A stretch of DNA of 13,230 nt, taken from contig JBCBJQ010000136.1 of the NCBI GenBank assembly GCA_038523235.1, positions 1-13,230 on the forward strand, written 5' to 3'. This stretch comes from Cyanobacteria bacterium J06626_4. Its GTDB lineage: Bacteria; Cyanobacteriota; Cyanobacteriia; Phormidesmidales; Phormidesmidaceae. A model generated the notes under the pieces. That model was not told the origin of the DNA and searched no databases. It saw only the letters and a list, made by a program, of their open reading frames with translations. Below are positions 7,339 through 13,230 of the stretch, piece after piece (position 1 is the stretch's first letter; each line of letters starts with the position of its first letter). The translations under genes were made by a program, and so were the position numbers.

Positions 7339-8568
7339 TTAAAGCTGAGAGCGTTCTCTTGGTTGGGCAAATAATTGTTGAATGGCGCGATCGCGATCGC
7401 GCCAGGTTTCTCCGTTAGCAACCGTCCATACGGTGTCGTAAAAGAAGAACGACACGCCTGCAAAGCCCATGTCTCTCGCTACCTGCACCTGTTGCTGAAT
7501 CAGGCCAATCGGTACCGGCTGGTTTTTGAGGCCGGTGAGAATACCGACCCCAGTGGGAATATGGCCTTGCGCCTGCTGAATGGTGCGATCGCGCAGGGTG
7601 TTCCGAAAGTTATCGACGCTATCGCGATAAACCTGCACAATCAGCTCCTCGATGTAGCCCATCTCGCGCCAGCGTGGCCAGTCCTGCAGCGACTCCCGAT
7701 AGGCAAAGGCGGCTGGGTTCGGGGCCACCGACAGCACGGCATTCGGACGTTGCGCTTTCACCACCCGAAACACTGAGTCTAAAAAATCGGTAATCTGGGC
7801 AGCTCGCCAGCGCGTCCACTCGGCATCGTAGGGGTTAGTGGAAGGTGATTGGCCGCCATGCGCTTGCCGGTAAAGGTTGATGGTGTAGGGATCGTAGCCA
7901 AACGCGACGGGTAAAGCGAAATGATCGTCGAACTGCAGCCCATCGACGTCATAGTTGGCCATCAGCTCCGCAATCAGATCCAGGATGAACGCCTGCACCT
8001 CGGGATGAAATGGGTTGAGCCACACGCGCGGATGGCGACCCTCTTGATAACGGCGGGCCACAGGCAAAGCACCTTGCTTTTGCGTCAGCCAATCGGGATG
8101 GCGCTGGGCCAAGGGCGCGTTGGCTGGCAGCATAAAGCCAAACTCAAACCAAGGGATCACGCTAAGGTGCCGTTCATGGGCCTGGGCAACTAGCCCAAGC
8201 AGCAAGTCGCGATCGCCCTGGGCGGCTTCCAAGGCTTCATTGCGGCCCTGCTCTTCTAAGTCAGGATAGAGTCCCTGTTGGTAGCCCATCGCTTGTTCCG
8301 CCACCTGGCTGGGATACAGGGTGTAGCCCCAGCTCCACACCGCCGGGTACACCGTATTGAAATGGCGATCGGCTAACTGCTGCAGCGTCGCCGTCACGGC
8401 CTGATCAGAGAATAGGACGGAGCTATCCACATTAGTCAGCCAAACGCCGCGAATTTCGGTCGGGGCACCAGCCTGGGCGGGGTTGGGTCGCAATTCCGTG
8501 AAGTCTGACACACTCCACATCAGTAGTGCGCTCAAAACAGCGATCGCCAGATAGTTAATCCGTTTCAT
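7339..8568 (-). CDS. Glycoside hydrolase-like family 10 (GHL10/DUF187, YddW-like) exported protein
   Basis: Signal-peptide-like N-terminus; EIRGVWLTNVDS, FNTVYPAVW, IPWFEFG, WLNPFHPEVQ, YDVDGLQFDDHF, QDW and VQVYR motifs. Confidence 0.92.
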   Translation of the reverse strand: MKRINYLAIAVLSALLMWSVSDFTELRPNPAQAGAPTEIRGVWLTNVDSSVLFSDQAVTATLQQLADRHFNTVYPAVWSWGYTLYPSQVAEQAMGYQQGLYPDLEEQGRNEALEAAQGDRDLLLGLVAQAHERHLSVIPWFEFGFMLPANAPLAQRHPDWLTQKQGALPVARRYQEGRHPRVWLNPFHPEVQAFILDLIAELMANYDVDGLQFDDHFALPVAFGYDPYTINLYRQAHGGQSPSTNPYDAEWTRWRAAQITDFLDSVFRVVKAQRPNAVLSVAPNPAAFAYRESLQDWPRWREMGYIEELIVQVYRDSVDNFRNTLRDRTIQQAQGHIPTGVGILTGLKNQPVPIGLIQQQVQVARDMGFAGVSFFFYDTVWTVANGETWRDRDRAIQQLFAQPRERSQL

Positions 8569-8693
8569 GGTGTTCTTAAAAGAGGTTTGAGGGGGGCTAC
8601 CGAGCCCCCTTGAGAATCAGGGAGGTGTTTGAAAATAGCGTCCCCAGATGGCTAGAGATGGGGCAATGCCCCCCCCTACCGCAGCTGAGTCCC

Positions 8694-8719
8694 CCCCTAA
8701 TCCCCACCCCTAATCCCCA
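8694..8719. repeat. 13 bp tandem repeat (CCCCTAATCCCCA x2), STRR-like
   Basis: Exact copies at 8694-8706 and 8707-8719. Confidence 0.8.
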
Positions 8720-8738
8720 ATACGCAGTCATTAGACCG

Positions 8739-10592
8739 CTACCGGATCTTATCGGGTGTCTGGGCCTGCTCAACGCGGTCTAGCGACAGCTCTTTGACTG
8801 CACCGGACGCTGATTCCACCGCGAAGGTTTGCCGGGGGGTGCCAATTTCGATCCCGTTTTCAGCGAGTGCCTGGCGCACCCGCAGGCGCAACTCTCGGCC
8901 GACTGCCCACTGCTGCCCTGGTTCAGTTTGAATCCAAGTAGTCAGGGTCAGGCCGCTGTGCGAAACGCTGTCGACCCCTAAAACGCTGGGTTCAGAGACG
9001 ATTTGGTCATGCCATTCGGGATCGTCGTAGAGAGCTTGGGCCACGGTTTGCATTACCGCTAGCGCTGCTTTGGGATCGGTTTGATAGGCCACATCAATGC
9101 TGAAATTGACCCGCGACCAGCTGCGAGTAAGGTTTTTGACCTGGGTAATGCCAGAGTTGGGAATCGTCACTAAATCACCGGCAGCACTGCGCAGTTGAGT
9201 AACCCGCAGGTTGAGATTTTCGACCAGGCCAGCCGCTGTGCCCACGTCAATCACGTCGCCGATCGCGTATTGATCTTCCGACAAAATCAAGAAGCCATTG
9301 ACCAAATCTTTGACCAGGTTTTGCGAGCCAAAGGTAATGGCCAAACCGACTAAGCTGCCGAACGCCACCGTCGAAGCAGTAGGGACACCCAGCGATCGCA
9401 GGGCCGACAAAATCGCTACGATCAGAATGATAACGGTGACTAACCCCTTGGCGGCTTGAGAAATCGTCGAAGCCCGCAGTTGCCCCCGTTGCGCATCGCC
9501 CAAATGCACAAAATCGGCGAGATCAGGTCCTTCCCAACTGGTGGTGAACCGATCGATGAGCCGCCGACTAAGACGAATGGTCAACCCGGCTAAAAACCAC
9601 ACGAGGAACAAGTTGGGCAGACCCCGGAGAAAACGGAATTCTTGATCCAATAGATAGGGGGAAACCCAATAAACCCAGGCAATGCCGCCAAACCAAGCCA
9701 AAATCAACAGCCAAAACATTAGCCATTGCACTAGATCAAGCGCTGCCAATTGTCGATCGAGGCTAAACACCTGCTGCAACGCTTGTAAAAATGTGGCTCG
9801 GGCTTGCGTCATCTGGTCAGGGGCAGCAGTCGCCGACACTTCTGGATGATCGGGGTCAGATATCACTTCAGAGGCGGTTGTGCTAATGGTGCGCTTTTGC
9901 TGCCGCAGCTGCTTTTGACGTCGATATAAGCCGTACTTTAACCCAGCGAGAATCAGCGTTAGCAGTAGCAGCCCACTCACGATCTGCAACACTCGTTGTT
10001 GATCGCGGGGCAGCTTTTGCAACCCTTGGCGGAGTTCTTGCTCTAGAGTATTGCGCCAGCTGGTCGCCAGCTGATCAATCGGTTGACCGTTAAAGTCGGC
10101 GTCTAACCGAGTCACAGAGACTAAAATTAAGGGTCGAGGATATTGCGCATCTCTCACGCCAACCACGGTGACGTTGTTCAGCTGCGAGACTTCAAACGTC
10201 ATAGTCTCTGGATCCATCGGACGACTGAGCAAGAGTAAGAGCTTGGCGCGAATTTCTTGGGCCCGCTGCTCGACCGGTTGCTGATCGCCAATCGCGGCGG
10301 GGGTGCGATCGTAGACTGTCGGTGCGGCAATGGTGAATAAGGTGTGGTTACTTAAGGGCGATTGCACCGTCACGGCTTCTAAATTGCCATAACGGGTGAT
10401 GCCGGGCGGCGGCCCCGCAGGCTCTTCTGGCCCCAAGCCGTCCGGCAGGAGAAATTGGGCAGAACTGGGTTGTCCCACGCAGAGGGCGACACTGAGCGCT
10501 AACAAAAAGACCACAGCTCGGGCTATCCACCGATTGCGATAACCAAATGTCGACAATGAGCAGGCTTTCAATCGCATGGGTTCGTTCGCCAA
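8739..10592 (-). CDS. MscS-family mechanosensitive channel with large N-terminal periplasmic extension
   Basis: GLAITFGSQNLVKDLVNGFLILSEDQYAIGDVI, GLVENLNLRVTQLRS, TIPNS and QWAVGRELRLRVRQAL. Start uncertain: TTG 10592 or ATG 10577. Confidence 0.93.
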   Translation of the reverse strand: MANEPMRLKACSLSTFGYRNRWIARAVVFLLALSVALCVGQPSSAQFLLPDGLGPEEPAGPPPGITRYGNLEAVTVQSPLSNHTLFTIAAPTVYDRTPAAIGDQQPVEQRAQEIRAKLLLLLSRPMDPETMTFEVSQLNNVTVVGVRDAQYPRPLILVSVTRLDADFNGQPIDQLATSWRNTLEQELRQGLQKLPRDQQRVLQIVSGLLLLTLILAGLKYGLYRRQKQLRQQKRTISTTASEVISDPDHPEVSATAAPDQMTQARATFLQALQQVFSLDRQLAALDLVQWLMFWLLILAWFGGIAWVYWVSPYLLDQEFRFLRGLPNLFLVWFLAGLTIRLSRRLIDRFTTSWEGPDLADFVHLGDAQRGQLRASTISQAAKGLVTVIILIVAILSALRSLGVPTASTVAFGSLVGLAITFGSQNLVKDLVNGFLILSEDQYAIGDVIDVGTAAGLVENLNLRVTQLRSAAGDLVTIPNSGITQVKNLTRSWSRVNFSIDVAYQTDPKAALAVMQTVAQALYDDPEWHDQIVSEPSVLGVDSVSHSGLTLTTWIQTEPGQQWAVGRELRLRVRQALAENGIEIGTPRQTFAVESASGAVKELSLDRVEQAQTPDKIR

Positions 10593-10671
10593 TGAGCAAA
10601 TAACTTCAATAACCGGCGGCAGTAGGGGGCGGTTCTAGCGCTGATTGTGGTCTGGCATCAAGCCGAATCGC

Positions 10672-12045
10672 TTACATCAATCGTTTGGCCAAGACCTCGA
10701 TTACTTTGGGGCCATCAACCTCGGTTACCGTCCACTCAAACCCGTTGTAGGCGACGCGATCGCCAATAACCGGAATCTTTTGCAGCCGATGAATAAGAAA
10801 GCCCGCCAGAGTTTGATAATCCTCTTCCACTGGGAGGTCCACCTCTAACAACTCATTGATTTCTTCGATGTAGGTTTGTGCTCGCACGCGATAAGACTGG
10901 TCATCCAGCATACTAACCAGCACCTCGACATCTTCTTCCGGTTCGCTGCTGTCACCAATGATTTCGCCGGTAATGTCGGCCAGCGTCACGAGCCCGGCTG
11001 TCCCCCCAAATTCGTCTACTACCATCACCATTGACTTGCCTGACTTTTGCATAATCTGCAGCAGGTCGCGCAGCTGCGTGTACTCCGGCACAAAGCGAGC
11101 CGGGCGAATCCAGTCGTCGATATCGCTATCGGCGGTCACTTCATGTCGAGCTAGCGGGCCAATCAAATCTTTGAGCGACAAAATACCCGACACATCGTCT
11201 AACGACTCCCCCACAACCGGAAACTGCGAGTGACCGGTCTCCGCAATCGTGTCTAAGGCTTGCTGCAGCGTGGCCGTGCGCGGCAGGGCGGTGATCTGAG
11301 TGCGGGGAATCATGACGTCTTCGGCCACGACGTCGCGAAATTCAAACACGTTGTTCAGCAGTTCGCGTTCTTCTTCATCTAAACCCTGAGATTCGGTCGA
11401 GGTGCTAATAATCAGCTGTAGTTCTTCTGACGTGATGCGGCTATACCAACTCTGACTGCCAGCATATTGTGTGCCAAACAATCGCAGCAGCCAGCGGGTA
11501 GACTGATTGAGCGCCCACACAAAGGGCATAAAGAGTCGAGAAATGGTCAGGCTCGGGGGGCCAAATAACCGCGCTAGCCGTTCTGGATACAGCATCGCCA
11601 CGGCCTTCGGGGTGAGCTCACCCAACACGATTTGCAAATAGGCAATCAGAAAAAAGGCGAGGGGAATCGCAAGGGAATGGGCGATCGCCCCCACGTAGGG
11701 CACAGCGATCGCCAACTGATTTAATAGCTGCAGCCAAACCGTGGCAATGGTGGATTCCCCAATCCATCCCAGGGCCAGACTAGACAAGGTGATGCCAATT
11801 TGTGTCGTCGACAGTAGCTGATCGAGACTGCGCTGGAAGCTTTGCACCGTGCGGGCTTGAATGTCACCGGCGGCGGCCAGTTGGTTGATGCGCGATCGCC
11901 GCACCGACACAATTGAAAATTCAGCGGCCACAAAGAAGGCATTGATGCCAATCAGGGCGAGGACTGACAACACCCTCACCGTGATCGCCACCCCGGTCAA
12001 ACCTGGGGCAGTCACAAGCAGCGGCACATCCGTCTGAGCAAGCAT
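10672..12045 (-). CDS. Hemolysin-family CNNM(DUF21)-CBS-CorC/HlyC protein, probable Mg2+/Co2+ homeostasis
   Basis: NAFFVAAEFSIVSVRRSRI, LSTTQIGITLSSLALGW, VLGELTPK, VMIPRT, VVDEFGGTAGLVTLADI and YQTLAGF. The ATG at 12045 (MLAQTD, 457 aa) is preferred over the track start at 12102. Confidence 0.93.
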   Translation of the reverse strand: MLAQTDVPLLVTAPGLTGVAITVRVLSVLALIGINAFFVAAEFSIVSVRRSRINQLAAAGDIQARTVQSFQRSLDQLLSTTQIGITLSSLALGWIGESTIATVWLQLLNQLAIAVPYVGAIAHSLAIPLAFFLIAYLQIVLGELTPKAVAMLYPERLARLFGPPSLTISRLFMPFVWALNQSTRWLLRLFGTQYAGSQSWYSRITSEELQLIISTSTESQGLDEEERELLNNVFEFRDVVAEDVMIPRTQITALPRTATLQQALDTIAETGHSQFPVVGESLDDVSGILSLKDLIGPLARHEVTADSDIDDWIRPARFVPEYTQLRDLLQIMQKSGKSMVMVVDEFGGTAGLVTLADITGEIIGDSSEPEEDVEVLVSMLDDQSYRVRAQTYIEEINELLEVDLPVEEDYQTLAGFLIHRLQKIPVIGDRVAYNGFEWTVTEVDGPKVIEVLAKRLM

Positions 12046-12279
12046 TATAGATTTGAAAAAGATGAGCTTGAAGCGAAGACGCGAACACTCGAGAAGACGC
12101 AAACTGAGCCTAGCTCTGCAACCGTGAGTGTTGACTTGCCGGGCCGTTGCATCCAGGCCCTCACCTGACCAATCGGGTCGATCATCCGCCCGTCAACCAG
12201 CCTGGCAATCCTGGCTGCGAGCCCTGCCGCATTGCCAAAGCAGGGATGGATAGCCCCGCTGGGAAAACCACCGAACCCA

Positions 12280-12579
12280 CTACTCGCCGCCATCAACTGA
12301 GCCGCCTGACATGCGCAACTGGACTTCGCGAATAATTTCTTGCTCATCCTGCAGCATCGAGCCATCGCCCGAGGCTGGAGACGCCTGATTCGAAGCGGCA
12401 CTACTGGCGGGCCGGGCATCGGGCTGACGGACGCCCGTCAGTGCTTGTCGGCCTAGGGCATAGCCCCACGAAGAACTCACCACCCCAGCCCCCACCATCA
12501 GCGCTAACAAAATTGTTGTAAAAGCAACCGCAGGACTGATTCCCATCCCAGCAAACACTCCGAATAATTGTGTCCACAT
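12280..12579 (-). CDS. Small conserved cyanobacterial single-pass membrane protein
   Basis: TTILLALMVGAGVVSSSWGYALGRQALTGVRQPDARP...EQEIIREV resembles the hypothetical protein I recall preceding the hemolysin-family gene in cyanobacteria. Alternative start at ATG 12546. Confidence 0.75.
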   Translation of the reverse strand: MWTQLFGVFAGMGISPAVAFTTILLALMVGAGVVSSSWGYALGRQALTGVRQPDARPASSAASNQASPASGDGSMLQDEQEIIREVQLRMSGGSVDGGE

Positions 12580-12893
12580 ATCATATTAGGTCTTGCGAAC
12601 TGCGGCCCATGATTATTAGACTTTGCAACAGCTTGCCTGGCGGTAGCGAAGTTTTTGCAGTGGGCTATGGCTGGGCCTGATGCTGCAGACTAGCAGTGCC
12701 GTAGGCCCGTATTTTGCGATCCTAGTCGCTTTGTCTCAATCAGTGCAGGACACAAACTCGCTACTTTAATGTCTGAGGGTGATGCGACAAGCGCCCCCAG
12801 ACCGGTCTGATCGCATCCGGTCGAGCTGGATGAATCGCTACTACAAGTGAACCACCCGGTGCTGATGACTTCAGGCGGCCAACTGGGCTCACC

Positions 12894-12927
12894 CCCAACC
12901 GACATCACCCAACCGACATCACCCAAC
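12894..12927. repeat. 14 bp tandem repeat (CCCAACCGACATCA x2 plus partial) spanning the lipase stop codon
   Basis: Copies at 12894-12907 and 12908-12921; partial copy at 12922-12927. Confidence 0.8.
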
Positions 12928-13230
12928 AGCGTCTTCTAAAGCTTTGATGTAATTTGTTATTTTATGGTCGTTGATGCGTCGACTCACTACCTGCCACGAC
13001 CACATTGACCCCAATCGCTGCAGCTCGGGCACATGCTCATAACCTTGCCACAGTCGGGGCGTTCGCGTCACGATGTCCCAACCGTAGACAAAGCGATAGC
13101 TCTGGGGCACCCGTTGGCGAAAAGAATTGACCAGGGCGGGATTACCAACCCGAGGCGCCCCAAACGTATAAAGCTCGATCGCCTGACCGGTATGTTGAGT
13201 GAGGTTATATTGCAGATCGAGTGCCGCAAT
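12919..13230 (-). CDS. Class 3 lipase family protein, C-terminal part (5' end outside the window)
   Basis: The frame is open from the right edge: IAALDLQYNL...IELYTFGAPRVGN...YRFVYGWDIVTRTP...GYEHV...DHKITNYI. YTFGxPRVGN, DIV (catalytic Asp) and DH (catalytic His) are class 3 lipase motifs. Confidence 0.9.
   Translation of the reverse strand: MAALDLQYNLTQHTGQAIELYTFGAPRVGNPALVNSFRQRVPQSYRFVYGWDIVTRTPRLWQGYEHVPELQRLGSMWSWQVVSRRINDHKITNYIKALEDAVG

Larger units (their letters stand above)
2289..11899. repeat. Dispersed HIP1 octamers GCGATCGC
   Basis: Seen at 2289, 3621, 4031, 4861, 5724, 7387, 7393, 7585, 8209, 8540, 9392, 10756, 11681, 11705 and 11892 (manual count). Confidence 0.9.

Noticed and set aside
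6997..7340. tRNA-Thr as an integration site
   Set aside because: No integrase and no duplicated tRNA 3' end seen; the flanking genes are core-like.
12045..12419. ORF 12045..12419 as a frameshifted continuation of the small membrane protein
   Set aside because: The translation does not look like a folded domain and no slippery site is evident.
12690..12926. 78 aa minus-strand ORF after the lipase
   Set aside because: It starts inside the tandem repeat, is low-complexity and has no recognisable features.
1..13230. CRISPR array, transposase or intron
   Set aside because: No regularly spaced repeats with spacers, and no transposase, integrase or reverse transcriptase motifs.

Overview
Cyanobacterial chromosomal window: about 15 HIP1 octamers (GCGATCGC) by eye between 2289 and 11899, with typical cyanobacterial genes. 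Positions ~1584-13230 are GC-richer core-like sequence. They hold an intein-free class II (B12-dependent) ribonucleotide reductase nrdJ with candidate NrdR boxes, a divergent MerR-like regulator, a SemiSWEET/PQ-loop transporter, a 1.2 kb hairpin-rich intergenic region, labA-like NYN/DUF88, tRNA-Tyr(GTA) and tRNA-Thr(GGT). A minus-strand run follows: lipase (partial), small membrane protein, CNNM/CBS/CorC protein, MscS and a GHL10 hydrolase. The left ~1.5 kb is an AT-rich, HIP1-free, probably foreign segment directly after the nrdJ terminator. It carries a tightly linked two-gene operon: a winged-helix-like protein, and a protein missed by the ORF track (it runs off the left edge) with an R-x6-H HEPN-type motif plus a likely wHTH. 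This is the best candidate for an uncharacterised toxin-antitoxin or anti-phage system. All family assignments are from motif recognition by eye; no searches were run.
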